From the NCBI GenBank assembly GCA_038245785.1, contig JBBRSB010000013.1, positions 1-64,000 on the forward strand: a DNA stretch of 64,000 nt, written 5' to 3'. The DNA comes from Gloeobacterales cyanobacterium (lineage in GTDB: Bacteria > Cyanobacteriota > Cyanobacteriia > Gloeobacterales > PMM-0068). The position numbers and the translations under genes were made by a program. Positions 1 to 8,671 of this stretch are shown here, one piece after another (the stretch's first letter is position 1; each line of letters begins with the position of its first letter). The notes under the pieces were generated by a model, which saw nothing but the letters and a program-made list of their open reading frames with translations, made no database searches and was not told the origin of the DNA.

Positions 1-219
1 AATCGTCTGTGGTGTACGGTCGTTGTAGTCCATGGCTCCGACCCGTACTGCTTTGCCATCTTCTAGCTGCACCAAGGTCGGTGTCTGTTTTTCACTCATT
101 TGAGATAAAGAATTAGATTGGCCAAAGGTCAGCAACAAAAGCACTCCCTGAATCCCGAGCGTTCCCAACGCAAAAAGCGGCAGGATGTCTGAGCGTTTTT
201 TTTCAAGTAGACGAACCAT
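1..219 (-). CDS. Partial cyanobacterial T4SS (MPF_C) single-pass component, VirB8-like position; runs off window start
   Basis: Manual translation from ATG at 219: MVRLLEKKRSDILPLFALGTLGIQGVLLLLTFGQ...QTPTLVQLEDGKAVRV..., one N-terminal TM followed by a PTLVQL motif; follows the VirB6-like gene on the same strand. Confidence 0.65.
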   Translation of the reverse strand, partial: MVRLLEKKRSDILPLFALGTLGIQGVLLLLTFGQSNSLSQMSEKQTPTLVQLEDGKAVRVGAMDYNDRTPQTI

Positions 220-539
220 GAACAGATACCTCGGTGGGACAGGAGTAGAGAACTAGTTGCATAAAGTCAAAAGTCATAGGTCTAAGACCAACAAAACGCT
301 TGCTGCATCCACTACGCAAGATTACTACGTGCTCAGTTACTTGGTAAATCGTGCTTACACTTATTTTGAAGAATACATAATTGCGTGAACATACTGACTC
401 TTTTAAGTTGAACTGTTATCAAAAAGACTTGTATAACAACTTAAAATCCCCCAAGGTGCTCTTTGAAAAGTAAGCCATGAGAGACTTTAAGACAGATTTA
501 AAAGACCTGTATCATATTGCATTCAGAATTAACCGCTTC

Positions 540-1583
540 TTATGCTTGCACTTTAACACTGTCAGCTACGCGGTATAAGATGGCTGATAGTGCCACAAAG
601 CCAGCTGCCGATGCAACAGGAAGAAAAGTGCCCGTCAAGGTTGTAAGGAAGAGAGAATCAAAGAGTTTCGCAGACAAGGCGAATGAGGCAAGAATACCAA
701 ATGAGAATGTATAAACTATCTTAATTAGGCCTAAAGAGAAAAAAGCTGAAAACCAAGCATATATTGGCTTAGACCTAATAGGTAATATAGATAATCCGAC
801 TGCAAGCGGAGCTAGCAATCCTGCTAATAAAAGACCCAATTCCAACATATTTTGAAAACTAACTTGCTGGGTAAGTTGTTCACGACGAGCTTTAGCTTCA
901 TCCTTATCTGTTATGTAAGCATTTAGAGCTGTGACATCTGAATTTGGTTCTTTAACGTCATCCAAAGCTTTTATCGCTTTTTCTGCGTAATCTTGCAAGC
1001 TGTCAATATCTGGGTAGTTACTGATGACTTGCTTTATAGCCTTTTTCGCATTTTCATAACATGTTTCTTGTAGTTTGTCAGATGTATTTATACATCTAGA
1101 AACAATTGCACCTATCTGCTCTTTAGCTACCCCTTCATCACTTGCCTTCTGAAATTCAGTAACCAATGAACGTCCCGGCAATGTTTTGGCAATGACAACA
1201 TCGTTTACATTGTTGAATGCATCTCGAATATTTTTTGTGGATTCTCTTAATAATCGAGCATTGTTAGTAAGTAATGCTATGACTATAATCGGCCAAATGA
1301 ATTCAGTAACAGACCGGATTCTCCCATCTGCGGATCTTTCTGAAGACTCTTTAAAAAATTGTATAAGTGCTATAAACAGACTGATTAAAGCAAAGCCACG
1401 CCCTACATTAGCAAGCGTTGCATATACTTGCCCATCTAAAGCAAGATCCCACTGTGCCTTCCAAAGCAATCTGAAAGCTTCTGGCTCAAGAGCTTTACCT
1501 ATTCCTTTAAGAAAGGCATCCGCTCCTCCTGAAGAGCCTGTATTTGTTCCTGCGAACGGGACCTGAGCGAAAAAACTATACAC
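540..1583 (-). CDS. VirB6/TrbL-like polytopic inner-membrane T4SS protein
   Basis: Two N-terminal TMs, a soluble helical loop with a Cys pair, several C-terminal TMs; downstream of VirB4 in the operon. Confidence 0.7.
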   Translation of the reverse strand: MYSFFAQVPFAGTNTGSSGGADAFLKGIGKALEPEAFRLLWKAQWDLALDGQVYATLANVGRGFALISLFIALIQFFKESSERSADGRIRSVTEFIWPIIVIALLTNNARLLRESTKNIRDAFNNVNDVVIAKTLPGRSLVTEFQKASDEGVAKEQIGAIVSRCINTSDKLQETCYENAKKAIKQVISNYPDIDSLQDYAEKAIKALDDVKEPNSDVTALNAYITDKDEAKARREQLTQQVSFQNMLELGLLLAGLLAPLAVGLSILPIRSKPIYAWFSAFFSLGLIKIVYTFSFGILASFALSAKLFDSLFLTTLTGTFLPVASAAGFVALSAILYRVADSVKVQA

Positions 1584-1626
1584 TAATCAACCCTCAAAGA
1601 ATATATGCTGGCGCTAGATAAATTAT

Positions 1627-2334
1627 TTACTTAAGACGTCTTATGTCAGATGAACATTCATCAATACCACTAGAGCTTCCTTTATAAGACCAATAAAAAA
1701 GTTTTCCATTTGGGTCTGCAATAAGATAAGTTGTACAGTTCCAGGGATCACTAGGAGCGGTTCCAGGAGTGGAAGTTCCCGGAACTGTGTAAGTGTAAAC
1801 TCCTCCAACTCCTGTACTAGGATTCATAACTGTTATTGATTCAGTTTTGTCAGGAGTACCTGGAGTGCCATTCCTGCCACTATCCCAGTCATAAAACATA
1901 TATGCAATATTTCCATCTTCTAGCTGAACTATTTTTTTTAGTTCACCATGAGGAAGCATTCCTGCAGCTCTAAAAAAGGTTTTACGATCAGGGCCGCCAT
2001 ATCCTGGTATGCGTTTGTTATATCGTTTATTAAGCTCAAGAATCTCTTTAATATCTCTTCCCATAATATTTTCGAGCTTGTTACCATAACGTCCATATGG
2101 GCTTGGTCCATTAGGACTGTAATTTTTAGCTTGTGGAGGCTCCTGCCCATAGAGACTATCGTAGTCCGGTGCTCTACCATAAAGGCGATCAATATCACGC
2201 TTTTCTAAAGGTTCTCTAGGAAAAAGAAGCCTTGTCAAAAAGTTTTGTGCCTTAACTGGTTCGGCATGGATACTAAAAGATAAGAAACTAATAGTAACTA
2301 GAGAAAGAGCCACTGTTTTCTTGATATTTTTCAT
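1627..2334 (-). CDS. Secreted hypothetical protein within T4SS operon (candidate exclusion/immunity factor)
   Basis: Sec signal peptide MKNIKKTVALSLVTISFLSFSIHA; C-terminal Cys pair; 8 nt from the upstream gene; AT-rich. Confidence 0.7.
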   Translation of the reverse strand: MKNIKKTVALSLVTISFLSFSIHAEPVKAQNFLTRLLFPREPLEKRDIDRLYGRAPDYDSLYGQEPPQAKNYSPNGPSPYGRYGNKLENIMGRDIKEILELNKRYNKRIPGYGGPDRKTFFRAAGMLPHGELKKIVQLEDGNIAYMFYDWDSGRNGTPGTPDKTESITVMNPSTGVGGVYTYTVPGTSTPGTAPSDPWNCTTYLIADPNGKLFYWSYKGSSSGIDECSSDIRRLK

Positions 2335-2342
2335 GTCAGTTC

Positions 2343-3455
2343 CTAGTACAGTCCAGCTTGTCTAGAAAGAGCAGCGTTACGGGCGGTTTTTCCCAGAATT
2401 TCTGCATTTTCTTTTTTCTGCATTTGATCCAGAGTCTCTGAAATGTTGGTCAGGTTTGTATTGGCTAGTTGAGCATCAGCACGGGCTTTCAGAGCATCCG
2501 TTCTGGAAGCTCCCATGATTTGAGTTTGCTGAGAGAGTTGGGCAGAGATTTTAGCGGTTTGTTTGGCAGCCTCAGCGTTTTGATTTGCAATGATTTTCAT
2601 CACATCTTGCGTGACATTCTTCTTGCTGGCTGTCTTCGCTAAACCGCCAATCTTTGAGGCAGACTCTTCAGAAGCTTTAGCCGCTGCCGTCGATTTTTTG
2701 ATTGTTTCATCGACCTTCTTAATCTCTTTCTTGATCAACTCCTGCCCTTTTTCTCCCAAGTAAGCCTCAACTCCTCCACGGGTAATCTGTCGGTCTAGTT
2801 CATTTCCAGCAGTCCTAGCTCGATTCACAGGGTCAACTTCAAACGCATCTCCTTGAGAAGCATTTTCACTCGTTACCTCTTCCTGCAAAGCTTTCCGTGC
2901 TTCGTTGGGGTTAGAGAGTCCAAGCACTCCAGGCTTTGCCTTTCCTAATGCTTTTTCGATTACAGGAGCAAACGTGCCAAAAACCTGATTGACATTGCCA
3001 CTGACGAAACCTTGGACCAGGTCAAAAGCCTCTGTCAACGACTTGAAGACATCAAACAAACTATCGAAAAATCCACCGCCACCACCTCCGCCAAGGAGAC
3101 CACCGAGACTATCCAAGAGACCACTGCCATCGCCACCGCCTAAAAGATCTCCGACGCCACCAAGCGCTCCGCCAAAACCGCCATCACCCCCGAGAAGACC
3201 TCCTAAATTACTAACAATTCCCCCAATATCTCCGCCGCTACCAAGAAGACCGCTTACATTTCCAAGCATGCTGCTAACATCTCCACCCGCAGCACTTTGA
3301 ACAGCGGTACCGGCTTCCACAACTTGTGTTGTCTCTGCGGCGCTTTCTGCTTGAGCATATACAGGCTGGACAAACATAGAGATGGGTTGCATCGCCAAAG
3401 ATAAAGAAAGTATCAAAGGCATGGCTATTTTTTTGATACGGATGACCGTTTTCAT
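2343..3455 (-). CDS. Secreted T4SS protein, VirB5/TrbJ-like position, with Gly-rich repeat region
   Basis: Signal peptide, Gly-rich repeats, long helical C-terminus with TQDVMK motif; 3 nt after the VirB4 stop. Confidence 0.65.
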   Translation of the reverse strand: MKTVIRIKKIAMPLILSLSLAMQPISMFVQPVYAQAESAAETTQVVEAGTAVQSAAGGDVSSMLGNVSGLLGSGGDIGGIVSNLGGLLGGDGGFGGALGGVGDLLGGGDGSGLLDSLGGLLGGGGGGGFFDSLFDVFKSLTEAFDLVQGFVSGNVNQVFGTFAPVIEKALGKAKPGVLGLSNPNEARKALQEEVTSENASQGDAFEVDPVNRARTAGNELDRQITRGGVEAYLGEKGQELIKKEIKKVDETIKKSTAAAKASEESASKIGGLAKTASKKNVTQDVMKIIANQNAEAAKQTAKISAQLSQQTQIMGASRTDALKARADAQLANTNLTNISETLDQMQKKENAEILGKTARNAALSRQAGLY

Positions 3456-3458
3456 GGG

Positions 3459-6158
3459 TTATTTTCCTGCGCGAATAGTTGATATTAATTGGCGAGAGAA
3501 AGTCGCTAAGCCTTCATATTTGTTCTCGTGTCGATTCATCGCTTCTGTTCGAGCGGATTGCTCGTCGGGGTTGTTGGCTACAGCCGCTAGTTGCACATAG
3601 GCCGGATAGTAACGACAGAAGGTGTAGACACCGTTGTCATCCAGAAGCCATTGAGAGTAAATCGATTCCTTTTTGGGAAAGAAACTATCGGAAGCGTTCC
3701 GAGCAATTATTTCCCGTGGGTATTTCAAAATTCGCTCAAAACTATCCGTGGCCGTGGGTTGAACGCGACCAATCAAGCGGGTCGAGAGGTTCTGGAAAAT
3801 CTTGGAGGCCGCTGGAGATTTAGCGACCGTATCCGGATCTTGTCCCGAAAGAATGACCCGCACCCCAGCCTTCGCTCCGTTGGCGCAGAGTCTTCCAACC
3901 AGGGAAGAAATCTCATCGAATTCAAAGAGAATCGGCGCTTCATCAATAAAGAAGATACTGGCTGGTGAAGAAAGAGCCCTTCTCAGTGCTGCAGCATAGG
4001 CTGCCAGAGCTAGGATAGCCGCATCCATATCATTGGAGAGATTTCTCAAGGCAAACACCAGTAGTTGCGCGTCGGTGGGAAAACTAGAAGGCTTAGAAAT
4101 AGACTGACCAACCCGAGAGTCGAGCCAGAAGCGGATCTGCACCACAATCACTTGAAAAGCATCTTCCAGATTGCCCTGTACATTCTCAAAGGAGAGACGA
4201 TCTGCACGGCAGAAAGGCAAAAAGTCCTTTAGCGTGGGCGTATATTGCCAAGCGGGAGAGCCAAATCCACCTTCAATCGCGGCTTGATAGCGAGCGTCGA
4301 TTTCCGGGTCAGCGAAGAAGGCATTCAAGGCCAGAACCAGGATGGAGCGAACGGTCTGGGTTAAGAGATCGCCACTGTTAGAACTGACAATCATCGTCAT
4401 CAAGGCGGATTCTAGAAACGATTGATAATCCTGGAAACGCTCCTTTCGTTCATCCGGAGGAAGGCTTCGCAAATCAGGCTTTTCGAATAAATTGTTGAAT
4501 TCCTTCGAGATATCGAAATAAGCGCCCCGTTCTGCCATGAAGTGGGTGTAGTCCGTGAACGTGGAGGTGCCATCGGGTTTGGGATAGTCCAGGGCCACTA
4601 CCGGCATGCCGTGGGCCAAAGCATGGGTGAGAAGGCCGCTGACTAAAACTGATTTTCCGGCTCTCGTGGTTGCAAACAACGCGAGGTTCTTATGCTGCGT
4701 GCATATATCCAGATGGACAGGCGTGCCCCCCTCTTCGGTAATCAACTCAAAACCTTTCTTATCCCCAGCACGGGTGCAGACCAAAGGCATCAACCCTGGT
4801 ACTTCGTTGGTGAGATATAGCTGACGACGGTTAAACGGAGCGGACATCAGTCCTTCCCAAACCACAGGAAAGGTTTGCAGCCATACGCGCCAGGCATATT
4901 CAGTTTCCCGTGCAACCCAAGCTGGACGCTGGAAACAAGATTCAATATAGCGACAGGCCTCATCTAGCCTTTCTAGATTCTCGCGGTAAACCAGGATGGC
5001 AATCCCGGTATAGATGGGAATGGCTCCTTCATAGAGCTGTTCTTGGGCTTGAGCAGACTTACGGGTTTTGATCTGAGCGGCAACGTCTATGGAACGCTTA
5101 TCTTCTGCGAGTTGCACTGAGGTATTTGATTGCTTCAAGACACGTTGCACGGCTGTTTTGACTAAGGTCTCATTGGCACGTGTGAGCTGACAGAAAATTT
5201 CTGTGTTGACAACCACATCCCGCGCAATCAAATTCCAGAGATAGCGCAGTTGAGCCGCTTTATTCGCCCAGCCACCCGGTTTATCGAGAAAGGTCATCGG
5301 AGCGACAAAAGAACCTTTAACCTTTACCCACTGACGGTCTGCCACAGGGACGGATTCCAGAAGGCGGGTAGCAGCATGGACTTCTGACTGGACTTCTTCC
5401 TCTAAACCAGCACTGCTGAGCTTGATCAGTTGGGGAATCAGAGGAGTAGGCGTATCGTTAAATCGGTGCCATAGGGTCTCCCAAAGTTCCTGTTCTCCCA
5501 TAGGACAGACATCCAAGCCCATTTTGTTGGCTAGAATTTGCTCCCACAGCTGAAAACCATCAGTGAATGCCTTGGTCATCATGTTATCGAGGCGTTGGCG
5601 CTCTAGCTGTTCTGAATCTCCCTTGAAGCTGCTCCAGAAGGCTTCCCCTTGGGCTAAAGCTTTTTCAATCCAATCATTGGCACCCTGTTGGGCTGACTCG
5701 ACAGTGTAGGTGACGTATAACCTTAAGAATTTAGGTTTACGGACGCCGAGGCGCGTGAGTTCCTGGACCCTAGCCCGTTCACCCATCAGTAAAAATTTCA
5801 GGTCGTCACTGGGTGCTCGTTCGATCAGTTCAGTAAGTTCTTGCTGCCGTGCAGTATCAGAAGAGAAAGAGCCAAGATGGAGAGTTAACCGCTCCCCTTG
5901 AGGCAAATCTTTCAATCCGCTTTCCAGGTTGTCAAAAATCGAATCGATTTGGTCTGACTTGAGAGTCGTGTGAATGCCTTGACACTCAAATCCAAATACA
6001 AAACGAAAATTACCTTTGCCCTTGGTAAGCAGATAGGCTCCTACTTCTCTGCCTCGCAGCTGAATGTTGAGCACAGCAGCTAGGTCTAAATGATCTTCAA
6101 AAGGACTTAGCCGGCCTTGTTTTGATCCCAGTGACCGCTTTCCAATTTTTGCCTTCAC
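3459..6158 (-). CDS. virB4: VirB4-family ATPase, cyanobacterial MPF_C type
   Basis: 899 aa; Walker A ATTRAGKS, Walker B IFFIDEAPIL, ANGAKAG motif; preceded by two small membrane genes. Confidence 0.85.
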   Translation of the reverse strand: MKAKIGKRSLGSKQGRLSPFEDHLDLAAVLNIQLRGREVGAYLLTKGKGNFRFVFGFECQGIHTTLKSDQIDSIFDNLESGLKDLPQGERLTLHLGSFSSDTARQQELTELIERAPSDDLKFLLMGERARVQELTRLGVRKPKFLRLYVTYTVESAQQGANDWIEKALAQGEAFWSSFKGDSEQLERQRLDNMMTKAFTDGFQLWEQILANKMGLDVCPMGEQELWETLWHRFNDTPTPLIPQLIKLSSAGLEEEVQSEVHAATRLLESVPVADRQWVKVKGSFVAPMTFLDKPGGWANKAAQLRYLWNLIARDVVVNTEIFCQLTRANETLVKTAVQRVLKQSNTSVQLAEDKRSIDVAAQIKTRKSAQAQEQLYEGAIPIYTGIAILVYRENLERLDEACRYIESCFQRPAWVARETEYAWRVWLQTFPVVWEGLMSAPFNRRQLYLTNEVPGLMPLVCTRAGDKKGFELITEEGGTPVHLDICTQHKNLALFATTRAGKSVLVSGLLTHALAHGMPVVALDYPKPDGTSTFTDYTHFMAERGAYFDISKEFNNLFEKPDLRSLPPDERKERFQDYQSFLESALMTMIVSSNSGDLLTQTVRSILVLALNAFFADPEIDARYQAAIEGGFGSPAWQYTPTLKDFLPFCRADRLSFENVQGNLEDAFQVIVVQIRFWLDSRVGQSISKPSSFPTDAQLLVFALRNLSNDMDAAILALAAYAAALRRALSSPASIFFIDEAPILFEFDEISSLVGRLCANGAKAGVRVILSGQDPDTVAKSPAASKIFQNLSTRLIGRVQPTATDSFERILKYPREIIARNASDSFFPKKESIYSQWLLDDNGVYTFCRYYPAYVQLAAVANNPDEQSARTEAMNRHENKYEGLATFSRQLISTIRAGK

Positions 6159-6204
6159 AACCTAACCTCTAATGCTGACAGATACTTATGAAATGGATAT
6201 CGAT

Positions 6205-6498
6205 TTATTTTGTGATGCGCTGGTAGTGGCTATAACCTCGCGTCCACGTAGGGGCTGGCTGAAACTTAGACAGAAAACGCCATGACCGATTGCCCGTCAA
6301 GACCCACCACGTAGAAATTCCCCAAATGGCCAGGAAGCCTGTTTGCAACCAGCTCAAACCAATGGCTTGGGCAATTACATACGAGAGAACCAAGATGACC
6401 CCCCAAGGGAGTACCTGGTCTGCGGGAACAGGACCCAGACGTGGCTGAGCCCCCAGCATCGGATTAATGGTCCGAAATTGATTCTGAGCTTGAGACAT
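6205..6498 (-). CDS. VirB3-like small membrane protein
   Basis: About 97 aa with 2 TMs directly upstream of VirB4; ATG at 6498. Confidence 0.65.
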   Translation of the reverse strand: MSQAQNQFRTINPMLGAQPRLGPVPADQVLPWGVILVLSYVIAQAIGLSWLQTGFLAIWGISTWWVLTGNRSWRFLSKFQPAPTWTRGYSHYQRITK

Positions 6499-6507
6499 CA
6501 AGAACCT

Positions 6508-6879
6508 TTATTTCACAATCAAGTTAGTAACAATGTCGCTGACACCTACTGCTAAGGCCACCAAAAGAGGAGTACGGGCTACAGATTGCCAGTCTTCGTC
6601 CTGCCGCAAAGCATTGACCGTGGTAACGAGGGCAAGACCGACATAGAGCAGGAAAAGTCCCCGCAAAACGTTGAAGACCAAAGTGACCGCAGTAGCCGCC
6701 GTAGAGATTCCTGGAGCTCCTTTTAGAAATTCCTCAGCTCCTGAGAAAAAGAGTGCATAAGAAGGGTCTGCATAGTAATTCAGCAAGAACATAGCCCCGA
6801 GTACACCAAGCATTAAGGTGCCTACTGCCGAGCTGCTGCGCTTGCTTTTTGAGATTTTATTTAGGTCATTTGTGCGCAC
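6508..6879 (-). CDS. VirB2/pilin-like T4SS protein
   Basis: Long leader ending in SYA, then two hydrophobic helices separated by a short charged loop (RQDEDWQ); first gene of the operon. Confidence 0.6.
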   Translation of the reverse strand: MRTNDLNKISKSKRSSSAVGTLMLGVLGAMFLLNYYADPSYALFFSGAEEFLKGAPGISTAATAVTLVFNVLRGLFLLYVGLALVTTVNALRQDEDWQSVARTPLLVALAVGVSDIVTNLIVK

Positions 6880-7119
6880 GTTTAGTTCCTCATTCCAGTT
6901 AGTTGAAGTGGACTTTTAAACTCAAAGCAGGCTTTGAAAATTTTGGAGATAGACATATAAAACTGTCAGCTATTCCTGATTTAATTAGGTTACTTGCAGA
7001 CTATCTCGAAAGAAACCGTGATTGCTCTTAGGCTCCTTCGTGATTATGCTTACGTAAGGTTTCTGATTTTATGAAAAGCTTATCCGTGGACGTACTACTT
7101 TATAAAGATAAGAACAAGG

Positions 7120-7143
7120 CCGATTAGAATCGATTCTAATCGG
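7120..7143. repeat. Perfect 24-bp palindrome CCGATTAGAATCGATTCTAATCGG (terminator or protein site)
   Basis: Self-complementary 12+12 with no loop; T-rich tract follows on the minus strand; about 40 nt after the 7185 stop. Confidence 0.8.
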
Positions 7144-7184
7144 TCCTTTCAAGAGTTCGCTATGATTTGAAAGAGCTTTAAAAG

Positions 7185-8133
7185 CTATGGTAGACGCCCA
7201 CTTGGATAACCATAGGGGGAGTAGGGCAAATAGGGAACAGTGTACCCGGAATAACCAGGAGGATACTGAGTATATCCTAAGGGCAAAACTGGTATCACAG
7301 CACTAGGGGCAGCTCCTAGTACGGAAAGCGCAGACATCGGTAAACTCTGTTGCCCTTGAGCAGTCTGAGGCATGCTGGTGACAGGCATATTGAGATCAAC
7401 AGCCTCGTTAAACTGAACCGTCAGATTCTGCATCGGAGATATCTCAGCGACTAAAACGCTAGGAATATCTCGGTCGAGAATTTCCTCTTGCTTTGTAGTC
7501 GAATTTTCAACGGTTTCCATTTCTTTAGAAGTACCAACCAGGGAGCCTATCCTGCCAATCAAAGAACCCGCTAGTGGAGAGAAGTTGCTGATAATACTAT
7601 CAGCAGCGTTACTGTATGAACGGGCTGCACTCCCCCGCGCCATTTCTCTACGTTCTTTGATATCTGTCTTCAAATAGTCTCTGGTGTCTCTTCGGTTCTG
7701 CAAGTCTTCTCCATCTTGTCTCAATTTGCCAGAAATAGGAGCGCTTGCTGCATTGATTTTGTATAGTTTGCCATTAGCGATCAGGGTGTCAAAGGCCAGG
7801 GAGCCACTGCTCTCATTCACTCGATTAAAACGACCACCTAACATGCTTCCCTGGGGAAATTCTACAGCCCCAACTCGACCTGCCACAAGAATAGAAACCT
7901 GTTTACTTTCTTGAATATCAATGCCGGTCATTGGTCCAGCTGCATAGCTATTGAGCAGTACGACAAAGTTGCCTAAAGAACCTGCGGGAATCTAAGTTGC
8001 CTGAATCGCTTGGATTTGAAACTGCCTACTGGTTTGTGCAGATCTCCGGGGCTTGGCTAGGAAGCACCATAGAAACCAAAAGTACTGGAACCAATACAGC
8101 CGTAAGTTTTTTTCGATAAGATTGATGCAACAT
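7185..8133 (-). pseudogene. Disrupted secreted TrbI/VirB10-like beta-domain protein
   Basis: RBS + ATG at 8133 give signal peptide MLHQSYRKKLTAVLVPVLLVSMVLPSQA; a frameshift near 8046-8051 and an in-frame TAG at 7992-7994 precede IPAGS..., which is continuous with ORF 7185-7931. Confidence 0.6.
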
Positions 8134-8188
8134 GTCCTTCCATAACCCAAACCATCTAGGCCAGAGTGAAATACATGAGAGAAAATCG

Positions 8189-8590
8189 ATGAAATCCCTT
8201 AAGTATTGGATTATTTTTGCATGTCTGCTATTTGGTCCAGCAGCCTTTGCGGAAGAAGACCATCTGAGCAAGCAATTCTCCTCTTGCATGGAAAAAGCAG
8301 GAGGAGTTACAGCATTCATGATTGACTGTATGAGTACTGAAACTGAACAACAGGATGCCAAGCTAAATAAGGAGTACAAGGATGTACTGTCTCTGTTATC
8401 TCCCAATAGGAAAAGACAGTTACAAGAAGCTCAGCGTTTGTGGATCAAGTACAGAGAGGCTAACTGCAAATTCTATTATGATCCGGAGGGAGGGACTATG
8501 GCCAGGGTGATTGCAAACAACTGCTTTATGACGGCAACAGCCGATAGAGCAAAAGAATTAGAAAGCATCAAAGAGAATTCTTCCCTTTAG
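8189..8590 (+). CDS. Lysozyme inhibitor LprI (DUF1311) family secreted protein
   Basis: Signal peptide from ATG 8189; LNKEY...LQEAQRLWIKYREANC motif with 4 Cys. Confidence 0.85.
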   Translation: MKSLKYWIIFACLLFGPAAFAEEDHLSKQFSSCMEKAGGVTAFMIDCMSTETEQQDAKLNKEYKDVLSLLSPNRKRQLQEAQRLWIKYREANCKFYYDPEGGTMARVIANNCFMTATADRAKELESIKENSSL

Positions 8591-8612
8591 ACGCAGATTC
8601 ACTATAAAGAAA

Positions 8613-8637
8613 AAGCTTACATGAATCATGCAAGCTT
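8613..8637 (-). terminator. Putative intrinsic terminator for the porin genes
   Basis: Hairpin AAGCTTGCATG-ATT-CATGTAAGCTT then a T-tract on the minus strand, between convergent genes. Confidence 0.5.
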
Positions 8638-8671
8638 AGAAAAAGTAGTGGAGTAACCTTCAATTACAAAC

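Noticed and set aside
2989..3300. Pro-rich 103-aa plus-strand ORF
   Set aside because: Antisense shadow of the Gly-codon repeats in 2343-3455
8026..8406. 126-aa minus-strand ORF
   Set aside because: Mostly antisense to LprI; only the last 35 codons are meaningful, as the signal peptide of the pseudogene
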